Below, piece after piece: positions 27,897-38,019 of a stretch of 45,242 bases of DNA; the first letter of the stretch is position 1, and the number at the start of each line of letters is the position of its first letter. The stretch is taken from contig JAEEYW010000042.1 of assembly GCA_016288305.1 (NCBI GenBank), positions 1 to 45,242 of the forward strand, given 5' to 3'. The DNA is from Bacillales bacterium (GTDB lineage Bacteria > Bacillota_I > Bacilli_A > RF39 > UBA660). A program made the position numbers and the translations under genes. The notes below the pieces were generated by a model that was given only the letters and a program-made list of their open reading frames with translations, was not told the origin of the DNA and made no database searches.

Positions 27897-27953
27897 ATTT
27901 TCACCTCCTACTAACTATATACGACAAAAATATGCAATTTCCTTTTTAAGTAA

Positions 27954-27980
27954 CAAAAAAAAGTTGAAATAAATTCAACT
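27954..27980 (-). terminator. Rho-independent terminator after yqeH
   Basis: The minus strand reads AGTTGAA-TTTAT-TTCAACT followed by TTTTTTTT. Confidence 0.7.
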
Positions 27981-27981
27981 T

Positions 27982-28914
27982 CTATATTAAGCTATTCCTT
28001 GTAAATACATCGACATTATCTAATGTATAAATATTTAAAGTACCTTTACCATTTGCTTTGATAAAGCCTAAACCTTTAATAACTATATCATTGTTATTAA
28101 CTTTAATTGTATGTTTTCCTAAATCTTTATTTATATTATTATCTTTATAGTACCTATCTATTTTTAAACTATTAGATAAATATAACGTTAAGTTTATATC
28201 ACTTGCTTCTATTCTTAAATACTTATCAACAATAATAGTTTGTTTACCTTTAATTTGATATGTAATTGGTTTAATTTTCTTATTTGGAATAATTCTCTTT
28301 AATTCAGCACCACTAACATAATTTGTTATATCACCAATATCAAGTAATCCTGGTGTATCAAATAAAGTTAAATCATCATCCAAATTAACCTCAATTGTAT
28401 TTAAAGTTGTATTAGGAAGTGGACTTGTTGTTATTGAAGAGGTATTAGAAGAATAATTATAAATTAGTTTATTAATCATTGTTGATTTACCAGAATTAGT
28501 ATAACCAACAACATAGACATTATTAGATTTCTTATATTTTCTAATCATATCAATTAATGAATCAAATTGATAATTCTTATTACTACTTATAATTATCTTA
28601 TCAACACATTTAACGCCATAATCATAATTAAGTATTTTATCCTCATAAAAATCAGGTAATAAATCCCTTTTAGTTAATACTAACAATATATCATTATGAA
28701 TATATTTTGTTATTTCACTTAAATTTTTAATATTTAATAAATCAACCACTAATAAAACCAAATCATTAGTCTTATTAATATTCTCTAAAATAGGTATAAA
28801 ATCATTATTATCCTTAACAACAACTTTATATTCATTATAATTTTTAATTCTAAAACATCTTTCACACAATGTTTTATCTTCTATTAAAGCACCACAACCA
28901 ATACATTTATTCAT
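27982..28914 (-). CDS. yqeH: Ribosome biogenesis GTPase YqeH
   Basis: An N-terminal zinc ribbon (CIGCGALIEDKTLCERCFRIKNYNE) and a circularly permuted GTPase (LTKRDLL...GYTNSGKST...DTPGL) are present. The ATG at 28914 follows AAGGAAA and overlaps the yqeG stop; the track TTG at 28932 was rejected. Confidence 0.88.
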   Translation of the reverse strand: MNKCIGCGALIEDKTLCERCFRIKNYNEYKVVVKDNNDFIPILENINKTNDLVLLVVDLLNIKNLSEITKYIHNDILLVLTKRDLLPDFYEDKILNYDYGVKCVDKIIISSNKNYQFDSLIDMIRKYKKSNNVYVVGYTNSGKSTMINKLIYNYSSNTSSITTSPLPNTTLNTIEVNLDDDLTLFDTPGLLDIGDITNYVSGAELKRIIPNKKIKPITYQIKGKQTIIVDKYLRIEASDINLTLYLSNSLKIDRYYKDNNINKDLGKHTIKVNNNDIVIKGLGFIKANGKGTLNIYTLDNVDVFTRNSLI

Positions 28915-29434
28915 AATACTTTCCTTTAGCAAATAAATCTTTATCTCTTAATTTTCTTAAAATTCTTTTTTCAAAATAACGATTAATTTTTGTCGTAAAA
29001 CGTTCTTTAACACCAACTGGATTAACTAAAATAGTTGTTAAGCCCATACGATTACCGCCTTTGATATCTGTTATTAATTGATCACCGATACATGCAATTT
29101 GTGGTTCTTGAAACTCATATAAACTCATAACTTTTTTATATTTTCCTTTAAATGGTTTCAAAGCACTATGTACACCATCAACACCTAAAGCTTCCTTAAA
29201 ACTTTTTACACGTGCCTTAGTACTATTAGAAAAAATAACAATTTTAAAACCTTTGTTTTTTAAATCATTAAATAAATCAATAATCTTTTTATTAGGTTCT
29301 TTCATTGTAATAGGTGCGATAGTATTATCTAAATCAATCAATAAACATCTTATACCTCTAGCATATAAAGAATCATAATTAATTGTTTGTATACTTTTTT
29401 GATAAATATCAGGTACATATATTTCCATATTCAA
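28907..29434 (-). CDS. yqeG: YqeG-family HAD-IIIA phosphatase
   Basis: GIRCLLIDLDNTI...SNS...GDQLITDI are present, and yqeG-yqeH synteny is conserved. Confidence 0.85.
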   Translation of the reverse strand: MNMEIYVPDIYQKSIQTINYDSLYARGIRCLLIDLDNTIAPITMKEPNKKIIDLFNDLKNKGFKIVIFSNSTKARVKSFKEALGVDGVHSALKPFKGKYKKVMSLYEFQEPQIACIGDQLITDIKGGNRMGLTTILVNPVGVKERFTTKINRYFEKRILRKLRDKDLFAKGKYYE

Positions 29435-29483
29435 CAGCTCCTACCTTTAATTATATTATAAAACTGCTGAATTAACAACAGTT

Positions 29484-30179
29484 TTATAGTTTAATATTCT
29501 CATTACTTAATTCATTATAACGCTTGTTATAAGCATCAATCATTTCATCTTCAGCAAACAACTTACCATCATAACCCAATTTAGCAAATAATTGTTTTGT
29601 AAAAAAAGGATTCAAAACTAAGATAGGTCCTAATAAATTAGTACCATAGAAATTATTAACATGAATACCTTCACATGAAGCATTATTAAGTTCTTTAGTA
29701 ACTTTAAATAAACTATCATTGCCAATAGAAGATACGCTACTTTGACATTTATATCCAACAATATCTTTATCTAAGCCATCATATGTTCCTAAAAATAAGC
29801 TATGATAGCGATTATTCTCATCTACCTTAGATGTGATATCAAATATACCTAAACCTAAAGTTGTAGTACCATCATCAAATGTAACACTTTTACCCATAAT
29901 TTCTAAAGCATTACCTGTAAATAAAAACATAACACCATCATCAATCATTTTCTTAATGATATCTTTATAAGGTAATAATTTTTCCATAACTTTTTTTTCA
30001 ATACTAGGTGTCATAGAACCTAAATATACAAAGTCTACTTTATGTTTTACAAAATAAGGCTCATCTAATAAAGTTGTTTTAATAATATTGTGAGAAGATA
30101 AATTTTTCTCAATAACTAATATATTTCCGCTATCACCATATAAATTACATACTTCAGGATATAATATTTCAATTACCAT
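29484..30179 (-). CDS. gatD: Lipid II isoglutaminyl synthase glutaminase subunit GatD (CobB/CobQ-like GATase)
   Basis: ILYPEVCNLYGDSGNI is typical of GatD. The gene lies immediately downstream of and overlapping murT. Confidence 0.8.
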   Translation of the reverse strand: MVIEILYPEVCNLYGDSGNILVIEKNLSSHNIIKTTLLDEPYFVKHKVDFVYLGSMTPSIEKKVMEKLLPYKDIIKKMIDDGVMFLFTGNALEIMGKSVTFDDGTTTLGLGIFDITSKVDENNRYHSLFLGTYDGLDKDIVGYKCQSSVSSIGNDSLFKVTKELNNASCEGIHVNNFYGTNLLGPILVLNPFFTKQLFAKLGYDGKLFAEDEMIDAYNKRYNELSNENIKL

Positions 30180-31513
30180 AACTTCTCACCCATTTCTTTA
30201 ATTTTATCAACAACCATACATGAATGATCATATAAAGTTATATCATGTAATACAAATATCTTATCTACATCTTTATATGGAATAACTGAAGCCATATCCT
30301 CTTCTTTATCCAATACCGATATTTTTTCCTTATCAACACCTGCTAGTAACATTCTTACGTATACATCTTTACTTCTAGCACCACTGATAATAATTCTTTC
30401 GATATCTTTATTATTGAATAATTCAAAATCCGTATCATAATACCATGAAATAGTTTCGGTAGAATCTCTTCTATCCATTACATCATCTAACATTAACAAA
30501 AGACATTTCTTACCATCATGTAAAGTTACATCATTAAAAACAGATGAACAAGCTACAGGATTTTGACCTTTAGCCATATACACAATGATAGGTAAATTAC
30601 CAACTTTACTTTCACGATATCGTGTTTGGATTAGATGAGCACTAGATAAAAATTTACTAATACTATCTTCACTGTATCCTAATTCTAAAATAACTGAAAT
30701 AGCCGCTAAATAATTATAAATATTAAATATACTTGTAGCAGCTAAAGGAAATTGATACTTTTTCCCATTATGTGATACATATAATAACTTTTCTTCTAAA
30801 GAAATAGTAGCATCATAATCTCTTGTAGGATTAGTATAACCACAGTTTAAACATTCAACATTACCTATATGGAAGTATTTAGTATCTTTAACATGCAATT
30901 TAGAACCACATTTTGGACAATATACTAAATCAGAAAATATATGGCTAGCGTAACCATGATCATATTTGGAACTTATACCAAAATAAATATTATCTTTTTT
31001 CTCACCTAAAGCTACCGTATATAAATCATCAGCATTTAAAACTAACTTAGTATGCTGTGGGATAGAATTTTTAATTAAACTCAAATTATAATCTATATTA
31101 CTATTATTCTTCATAGAATCTCTAAACAAATTAGTACATATGTAATATGTTGGCGTAATATATTTAAATAATTTATCTGTTGTTTGTTCATCAATTTCAA
31201 TAATAGCTACATCAGCTCTTCTTTTTTGACTCAAAAACATAGCAGCTATACCTGTTTCAATATTAAAACCTTTATTGTTGATAACATATAAACCTTGTGA
31301 TGTGAAATAATCATTTAAAATACCACATAAAGTTGATTTACCATTCGTACCTGTTACTGCAATAATAGTCTTAGGTTTTTTAACATATTTTAAATAATCT
31401 GGGCATATTTTTAAAGCAATATATCCAGGATAATATGGTATTCTTCTTTTCATTATTTTCAAAGCTAAAGCACTTGCTTTACCTAAAATATTAGCTATAA
31501 AATATCTAAACAT
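30173..31513 (-). CDS. murT: Lipid II isoglutaminyl synthase subunit MurT (Mur ligase family)
   Basis: AVTGTNGKST P-loop, Cys4 ribbon (CPKCGSKL...CLNCGY), and a C-terminal DUF1727-like region are present. Confidence 0.82.
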   Translation of the reverse strand: MFRYFIANILGKASALALKIMKRRIPYYPGYIALKICPDYLKYVKKPKTIIAVTGTNGKSTLCGILNDYFTSQGLYVINNKGFNIETGIAAMFLSQKRRADVAIIEIDEQTTDKLFKYITPTYYICTNLFRDSMKNNSNIDYNLSLIKNSIPQHTKLVLNADDLYTVALGEKKDNIYFGISSKYDHGYASHIFSDLVYCPKCGSKLHVKDTKYFHIGNVECLNCGYTNPTRDYDATISLEEKLLYVSHNGKKYQFPLAATSIFNIYNYLAAISVILELGYSEDSISKFLSSAHLIQTRYRESKVGNLPIIVYMAKGQNPVACSSVFNDVTLHDGKKCLLLMLDDVMDRRDSTETISWYYDTDFELFNNKDIERIIISGARSKDVYVRMLLAGVDKEKISVLDKEEDMASVIPYKDVDKIFVLHDITLYDHSCMVVDKIKEMGEKLW

Positions 31514-31523
31514 AAGTCACCTC

Positions 31524-33158
31524 TTATTTTTTTAAATGTAATTTAACAAGTATTCTATTCATATAATCATTACCAAATAAATCTTCTAAAACTTTTGTTT
31601 TATGTAAAGCTATAAAATATACTAAACCACCTATTAAACTAATAACTGTTATATATAAAATACATTGTATTCTATCATATACATTATATTTGATAATTGA
31701 ACCAATTAAATAAATTACAATTATCATTAAAACATTAGGAATTATTGTTTTTAAAAAGCAATTCATAGCTTTACCATATTTTATACCATAGTCTTTATGT
31801 AATTTTATTAAAGTAATTAATATGCTAACGGAATATCCTAAAGCACTTGCTACACAAGCACCTATATATGGATCATAATTTAAGTTATGACATAATAACA
31901 TAAGTGGTATATCCAAAGAAGCATTAATCACATATCCTAAAACAGTCGTTCCAATAACTAATTTAAACTTATTTAAACTTTGTAATGTCGATGTTGTAAC
32001 CAAATAAAAATTATATAATAAACATAAAGCTGTATAAAAAGCTAAAATAGAAGCCCCTAAATCTAATTGTTCACCGCCATAGAATACATTCCATATTGGT
32101 TTAGATAAAAAGACAAGACCGATAACCATAGGTGTTGAAATAGTAAGAATAATCTGCATTGATTTATTTAATTTATCCTCAACAACATCCCATTTTTTTA
32201 AAGTGAAAGCTTCAACAATATTAGGAATCAAACTAAGTGTTAACCCCATAGCTATAGATGTAATAATCATACCAATCTTACCAGACCAAGTTGTAACAGC
32301 TGAAGTAACAAATTCAACTGTTTCAGCATTATATTTTAAGTACTCCATCGTTCTTGATATAAATACCATATCAATAAAATTATAAAGTGATGCAGCAATA
32401 TTGATAATGATATATGGTATTGCATATTTTAATAATTTCAATGAAATATCTTTATTGGTAATATCTTCATCTTTAGCATGAGACGTAAAAGATATATCCT
32501 TACTCTTTTTAATTTTAATGTAAATATATAATATAGCAGCTAAGCCACCAAAGAAAGCTCCTGATACTGCTATGCCTATAGAATACCTTAAAGCTATATT
32601 AAATATTTTAACACCTATATAACTACCAACAATCATAATTAGTATTCTTACAACTTGTTCAATAACCTGTGATGCACTAGAAGCTCCAAAAATATTATGA
32701 CCTTGTAAATATCCTTTTGTTACACTTAAAAAAGGAACAATCAAAATAGCAAGTGATACACATCTAATAACAAAAGCTACATCTTCAATACTATTACCAC
32801 CTGATAAATCACCTAAGATTAAAGTAGCTATGTTACCAGCAAAAACCATCAAAACAATAAAAAATACTGTGGATAAGAAGAATATAATCGATCTTCCTAT
32901 CTTATAAGCTCTAACTTTAGCATCTTCTTTGCCTAAAGTTTGGTACTCTTTAACTATTTTGGACATAGCCGATGGTACACTAGCTGATGATATATCTAAA
33001 AATATAACATATATGTTGTAGGCATATGCATATAATGCTCCACCTTGAACACCAACGATAGCATAAAAAGGAATTACATACAACATTCCTAATATTTTTG
33101 TAATAACAATAGCCAAAGTTGATATTAATGTTCCTTCTATAAATCCGCTTTTCTTCAT
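31524..33158 (-). CDS. MOP-superfamily flippase (MurJ/YtgP/SpoVB-like)
   Basis: The 544-aa product has about 14 TM segments. The N-terminus GTLISTLAIVITKILGMLYVIPF is typical of polysaccharide/lipid II flippases. Confidence 0.75.
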   Translation of the reverse strand: MKKSGFIEGTLISTLAIVITKILGMLYVIPFYAIVGVQGGALYAYAYNIYVIFLDISSASVPSAMSKIVKEYQTLGKEDAKVRAYKIGRSIIFFLSTVFFIVLMVFAGNIATLILGDLSGGNSIEDVAFVIRCVSLAILIVPFLSVTKGYLQGHNIFGASSASQVIEQVVRILIMIVGSYIGVKIFNIALRYSIGIAVSGAFFGGLAAILYIYIKIKKSKDISFTSHAKDEDITNKDISLKLLKYAIPYIIINIAASLYNFIDMVFISRTMEYLKYNAETVEFVTSAVTTWSGKIGMIITSIAMGLTLSLIPNIVEAFTLKKWDVVEDKLNKSMQIILTISTPMVIGLVFLSKPIWNVFYGGEQLDLGASILAFYTALCLLYNFYLVTTSTLQSLNKFKLVIGTTVLGYVINASLDIPLMLLCHNLNYDPYIGACVASALGYSVSILITLIKLHKDYGIKYGKAMNCFLKTIIPNVLMIIVIYLIGSIIKYNVYDRIQCILYITVISLIGGLVYFIALHKTKVLEDLFGNDYMNRILVKLHLKK

Positions 33159-33237
33159 ATTATTTTCCTACTTCTTTTTAACATATAAATATTATACCAC
33201 ACAAAAGCATTAATTTAAAAGAAAAAAGATATTTATT

Positions 33238-34356
33238 TTAAGTTAAATATCTTTTTAAATATCTGAAATATAATTCAAATATATTAGCTTTTTTAACGTC
33301 CTCTTTGACAGTTAAATTAATCGTATGTCCATCATTAAAAACTATTTTACCAACCACATCCCCTTTTTTAAGAGGAGCTACCATATCATGTAATTCAATA
33401 TCATAATTTACCTCTTTAACGCCTTCAGCTTTTTTATATAAATTGTTAACATTTTCTAAAGGAACAATATCAATATTCTCTTGTTTTCCTTTATATACTT
33501 TAACATTCTTTACTACACTGTTAGTATCAATAATTTTATTTAAACCATATTGTGCATAAACATAATCAAAAATACTACTCACTTCAGCATTTCTTGTCTT
33601 ACTATCAGGTTCACCCATAACAACAGTTATAATACGCATATCATCTATTTTAGCTGTAGCTGTCATACAATATCCAGCTTCAGATGTGTATCCTGTTTTA
33701 AGTCCATCCACACCTTTATAAAATCTAACCAATTTATTAGTATTAACTAACCAAAATACCCTATCGGTATCCTTACGCAAATAATCTTCATATATCGATG
33801 TGAATTCTAAAACCTTTTCATGTTTAACTAACTCTTTAGCCATGATAGCCATATCGTAAGCACTAGAATAATGATTAGCTTCATCTAAACCATGAGGATT
33901 TTTAAAATTAGTATCTTTTAATCCTAATTTTTTAGCTTTTTCATTCATCATATTAACAAATAATTCTTCACTACCAGCTACCTTTTCAGCTAATGCGACA
34001 GCTGCATCATTACCTGAAGCTACAGCTAAGCCTTTAAATAAATCATAAACACTCATTTGTTCATTCGTTTCCAATAAAATTTGACTACCACCCATACTAG
34101 CAGCGTTAGCAGATACTGTAACTATATCATCCCACTTAATTAAATCTTTTTCGATTGCTTCAACTACTAATAACATCGTCATTATCTTCGTCATACTAGC
34201 AGGATGTCTTCTTTCATGAGAATTTCTTTCATATATAATTTCACCTGTAGTTGGTTCCAAAACGATAACACTCGATGCTTCATCAGCTAAAGAAAAAGCA
34301 TTAACAAAAGGCATAGCCAAATAAAATGTTACAAATAAACACAACAATTTTTTCAA
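33238..34356 (-). CDS. D-alanyl-D-alanine carboxypeptidase (S11, PBP5/DacA-like)
   Basis: PASMTKIMT (SxxK), SGND (SxN), KTGYT (KTG), and a C-terminal PBP5_C-like domain are present. The likely TTG start at 34356 gives MKKLLCLFV... after AGGTGA; the track GTG at 34365 lies in the SD. Confidence 0.85.
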   Translation of the reverse strand: MKKLLCLFVTFYLAMPFVNAFSLADEASSVIVLEPTTGEIIYERNSHERRHPASMTKIMTMLLVVEAIEKDLIKWDDIVTVSANAASMGGSQILLETNEQMSVYDLFKGLAVASGNDAAVALAEKVAGSEELFVNMMNEKAKKLGLKDTNFKNPHGLDEANHYSSAYDMAIMAKELVKHEKVLEFTSIYEDYLRKDTDRVFWLVNTNKLVRFYKGVDGLKTGYTSEAGYCMTATAKIDDMRIITVVMGEPDSKTRNAEVSSIFDYVYAQYGLNKIIDTNSVVKNVKVYKGKQENIDIVPLENVNNLYKKAEGVKEVNYDIELHDMVAPLKKGDVVGKIVFNDGHTINLTVKEDVKKANIFELYFRYLKRYLT

Positions 34357-34470
34357 ACATATCACCTATTTAAAAATATGATACCTAAATTTAAATATGA
34401 ATATTTTGTCGATTAGAGTGATAATATATATAAAATTTTAAATATGTGATATAATGATTTTGGTGATGAT

Positions 34471-35373
34471 ATGAAGGAAGAAATTAAAAGAATAATTATA
34501 CTTGTTATCGCTATTATAGCGGTTATTGTTGTTATTAAATTAATTCAAAATAAAGATACAACAATCAAAGATTTACAAAAAAAAGGATATACTGATCAAG
34601 AGATAACAATTCTTTTAGATAATCTTAATGGTGAAGAAATCAAAAATGTTCTTGGTAGTGAATATAATAAATATCTACCTAAATTATTAAGCAATAAATA
34701 TTTCATCAAAGATCATTTACAAAAATATTTAGAATTCTGTAAAAACAACGATAACGTTGATGAAGTAATAAGTATTATCAATGTAGGCGCTGATAAAGAT
34801 TGGTATAAAAATACTAAAGAAGTTGAAAATACTGATTCATTATCAATGCTTGTTAATAAATTTCATTATTTGCCAGCAACATACGCGCCAGATGATATCG
34901 TTCCTATAAAGAACTGGTATGCTTATGATGGTCATTCTATTAAAGATGAGGTATATACACAATTCATTAAAATGTGGGAAGATGCCAAAGATGAGGGATT
35001 AAATTTAATTATCAATTCTTCTTATAGAACATTTGAAGATCAACAAGAAATATATGATAGTTCAAATGATGATTATGCTTCTAAACCAGGTTTTTCAGAA
35101 CATCAAACAGGTTTAGCTTTAGATATTGTTACATATGATAGTATGGATAACGAATTTGAAAAAACAGATGAATTTAGATGGTTACAAAATAATGCTTATA
35201 AATATGGTTTTATCCTAAGATATCCTAAAGGAAAAGAGTTCTTAACAGGATATGCATACGAATCATGGCATTATAGATATTTAGGTGTTGACCTAGCTAC
35301 TAAAGTATATAAGAGCGGTTTAACATATGAAGAATACTATGCTTACTATTGTGAATATAAAAGTGAATGTTAA
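34471..35373 (+). CDS. M15 family D-Ala-D-Ala carboxypeptidase (VanY-like), membrane anchored
   Basis: SYRTFEDQ...SEHQTGLALDI...ESWHYRYLG zinc-ligand motifs and an N-terminal TM helix are present. Confidence 0.85.
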   Translation: MKEEIKRIIILVIAIIAVIVVIKLIQNKDTTIKDLQKKGYTDQEITILLDNLNGEEIKNVLGSEYNKYLPKLLSNKYFIKDHLQKYLEFCKNNDNVDEVISIINVGADKDWYKNTKEVENTDSLSMLVNKFHYLPATYAPDDIVPIKNWYAYDGHSIKDEVYTQFIKMWEDAKDEGLNLIINSSYRTFEDQQEIYDSSNDDYASKPGFSEHQTGLALDIVTYDSMDNEFEKTDEFRWLQNNAYKYGFILRYPKGKEFLTGYAYESWHYRYLGVDLATKVYKSGLTYEEYYAYYCEYKSEC

Positions 35374-35402
35374 AGGGAATCTAAAATTAGATTCCCTTTT
35401 TT
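35374..35402 (+). terminator. Terminator between convergent genes
   Basis: AGGGAATCTA-AAAT-TAGATTCCCT followed by TTTTT. Confidence 0.7.
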
Positions 35403-36657
35403 AATCATTCCATCCATTAATTTTAATTAAACTTGCATATGGATAAACATATGCTGAAACAGGATAATTCTCTAAATCAATCGTATTTGAATTAACTAAT
35501 ATATCAACTACTTTACCATCTTTTTTATAATTATCAACAACAACCATAGCATGTCTTGTTGGGCCAGAAGTACCAACATGAATAACATCACCTGGTTCAG
35601 CATAATACATGTTAACATCTACTTCAGCACATAATCCTGCACCTGTATTATCCTTAGCATATGTATAAAAGTAAGGAACATAAGTCCATGTATATACATA
35701 TCCTTTTTCTTGTTGACTTTCATTATATGTAGCACTATACCATTTCCATTGTAATTGGTCATCAGCAGAACCTGTATAATCCATAGCTATACCACCTGCA
35801 TATATAACTTGTGAAGCAAAGTTTTGGCAATTTGAATCTAAACTAGACCACTCTGGATTTCTTTTGTTAACCCATTTTGAAGCATATGATGAAGCTTTAT
35901 CTCGATCATATTTATGGTCGCATTTCACGCCACTATATTTAGGATTAGCTAAATACTTTTGATAATTAATTCTCTCTTTATTATTTTTAGTATCAATTAA
36001 AGATAAATAATATTCTTTTATCTCATCTAATTCTTCTTGACCACCATTATCATATCGGTCAGTTATCATAATAAAGAAATCTTTTACTTTATCATAATGT
36101 TTAATCTTATATTTACCATTTACTTTAACTAACGTAAAATTATTTTTTAAATTATACTCTTTAGTTTCAATATCATCCATAAAATTAAACTTTATATAAC
36201 TTGTTTCTAATACTTGAATCTTTACCTCATCATCTTCTTCAGATACTTCATTAACTATTATATCATATTTAGCTTCTTTCATTCTTAAATCATTAGGCTT
36301 TGATTTTCTAATATCAATTAACAATGATACAGCCGCTTTATTGATTAAAGCTTCTTCATCATCATCAAAAAATTTTGTCATATCATACTCTTTTAATTCC
36401 TTAGCTGATCTATAATATACATCTAAAAAATCTGTTATTATTTTTAATTGACTAGGTGTGATTCTATCCTCGTTAATAACTTTGTTTAGAAATACAACTT
36501 GTTCAGGTTGTTTAACCTCTGGTTCATTTTCAGGTTGTGGTTCTAAAACAGATTGTGGCTTATTATTTAATACGTTATAACCCCATACAATAGTACATAT
36601 TAAAATAACAATAGTTATTAATCTTTTTACGCTTTTCTTTAATCTTCTCTTTTTCAT
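35401..36657 (-). CDS. Membrane-anchored protein with putative amidase domain (Amidase_6-like)
   Basis: The C-terminal YDRDKASSYASKWVNKRNPEW...DSNCQNFASQVIYAGG...GDVIH pattern matches the putative-amidase (NlpC/P60-like Cys) family. An N-terminal TM helix is present. Confidence 0.65.
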   Translation of the reverse strand: MKKRRLKKSVKRLITIVILICTIVWGYNVLNNKPQSVLEPQPENEPEVKQPEQVVFLNKVINEDRITPSQLKIITDFLDVYYRSAKELKEYDMTKFFDDDEEALINKAAVSLLIDIRKSKPNDLRMKEAKYDIIVNEVSEEDDEVKIQVLETSYIKFNFMDDIETKEYNLKNNFTLVKVNGKYKIKHYDKVKDFFIMITDRYDNGGQEELDEIKEYYLSLIDTKNNKERINYQKYLANPKYSGVKCDHKYDRDKASSYASKWVNKRNPEWSSLDSNCQNFASQVIYAGGIAMDYTGSADDQLQWKWYSATYNESQQEKGYVYTWTYVPYFYTYAKDNTGAGLCAEVDVNMYYAEPGDVIHVGTSGPTRHAMVVVDNYKKDGKVVDILVNSNTIDLENYPVSAYVYPYASLIKINGWND

Positions 36658-36704
36658 ACTCTCACCTATTTTATTATAACAAAAAAGCTGTCTATAAACA
36701 ACAG

Positions 36705-37103
36705 CTAATTTTTCATGAAAACAAATATTTTACTTAATATGTAATTTAAAATAATAACAATAATTTGAACTATTATTTTACTTACCATATCATCTAAATG
36801 TATCAAATTTACTAAAATAAACATCATAACTAATTCACATAATAATGAAGCTACTCTAGCTAAATAAAACTTAATACCTTCCTTGATAACATTTTTACTA
36901 TGAGATTTAAAAACGAATATTTTGTTAGTTACAAAAGCAAATGTAACCGCTAAAATCCAAGATAAAATGTTACTTATATAAATATCAATATGACATAACC
37001 TTGTAAATAAAGCATAAGTTAAGATAGATATGATAGTTGTTAAAACACCAAATATTAAATATTTTATTATTTCCTCATATTTTTTATATAAATTAAAGAT
37101 CAT
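36705..37103 (-). CDS. GtrA family membrane protein
   Basis: The 132-aa product has 4 TM segments, the sequence ...NKIFVFKS..., and overlaps the upstream GT2 gene. Confidence 0.75.
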   Translation of the reverse strand: MIFNLYKKYEEIIKYLIFGVLTTIISILTYALFTRLCHIDIYISNILSWILAVTFAFVTNKIFVFKSHSKNVIKEGIKFYLARVASLLCELVMMFILVNLIHLDDMVSKIIVQIIVIILNYILSKIFVFMKN

Positions 37104-38019
37104 TTTCTGTCTCCTTAATAATATATACAGGTCTATTTTTAACTTCTAAATATGTCTTAGCTAAATATTGACCAATAATACCTAAACAGAACAATTGTAC
37201 ACCACTTACAAAGAAAATGATACATACCAAACTAGGCCATCCTGCTACAGGATCTCCAATCGTTAATGTCTTAGTTATAATAACAATAATCATGATAAAT
37301 GATATCAAACAAAATAATACACCAACTACAGAAGATACTAATAATGGCATAGTTGAGAAACCAATAATACTTTCCATAGAATATGCGAATAACTTCCAAA
37401 AATTCCATTTTGTTGTTCCTGCTACTCTTTCCGTATTTTCAAAAGTAATCCATTTTGTATTAAAACCTACCCATGAAAATATACCTTTAGAATAACGATT
37501 ATATTCCTTTAAAGATAAAATAGCATCAACCATTTTTCTTTTCATCAATCTGAAATCTCTAGCACCATCAACTATTGGTGTTTTACTTATAGTATTAATA
37601 ATTTTATAGTACCATTTAGTAAATATTTTTCTAAAGAAAGAATAACCATTTCTTGAAACACTACGTGTGGCTACACAATCAACATTTTCATCTTGTAAAG
37701 TCTCATACATTTCTTTTAATAGATATGGAGGATCTTGTAAATCAACATCCATCATAGCTACATAATCACCTTTAGCAGCTTCAAAGCCAGCTAAAATACC
37801 AGCTTCTTTACCAAAGTTTCTAGAAAAAGAAATATATCTAACTTTTTTATCTTTCTTAGCTAAACCTCTAAGTATTTCTAAAGTTCTATCTTTAGAACCA
37901 TCATTAACGAAAATAAGCTCAAAAGGAACCTTCATTTCTTTGATAGTTTTATTTATTTCTTTATAAAATAAAGGTATAGCTTCTTCCTCGTTATAACATG
38001 GAATAATAATACTAATCAT
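37093..38019 (-). CDS. Family 2 glycosyltransferase, polyprenyl-phosphate sugar transferase type (GtrB-like)
   Basis: ISIIIPCYNEE...VNDGSKD...MDVDLQDPP are present, followed by two C-terminal TM helices. Confidence 0.85.
   Translation of the reverse strand: MISIIIPCYNEEEAIPLFYKEINKTIKEMKVPFELIFVNDGSKDRTLEILRGLAKKDKKVRYISFSRNFGKEAGILAGFEAAKGDYVAMMDVDLQDPPYLLKEMYETLQDENVDCVATRSVSRNGYSFFRKIFTKWYYKIINTISKTPIVDGARDFRLMKRKMVDAILSLKEYNRYSKGIFSWVGFNTKWITFENTERVAGTTKWNFWKLFAYSMESIIGFSTMPLLVSSVVGVLFCLISFIMIIVIITKTLTIGDPVAGWPSLVCIIFFVSGVQLFCLGIIGQYLAKTYLEVKNRPVYIIKETENDL

Noticed and set aside
25345-27935. Prophage or ICE remnant interpretation of the ORF6N locus
   Set aside because: No integrase, repressor, structural, replication or conjugation genes and no flanking att-like repeats are visible. 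The locus consists only of ORF6N paralogues between two core genes.
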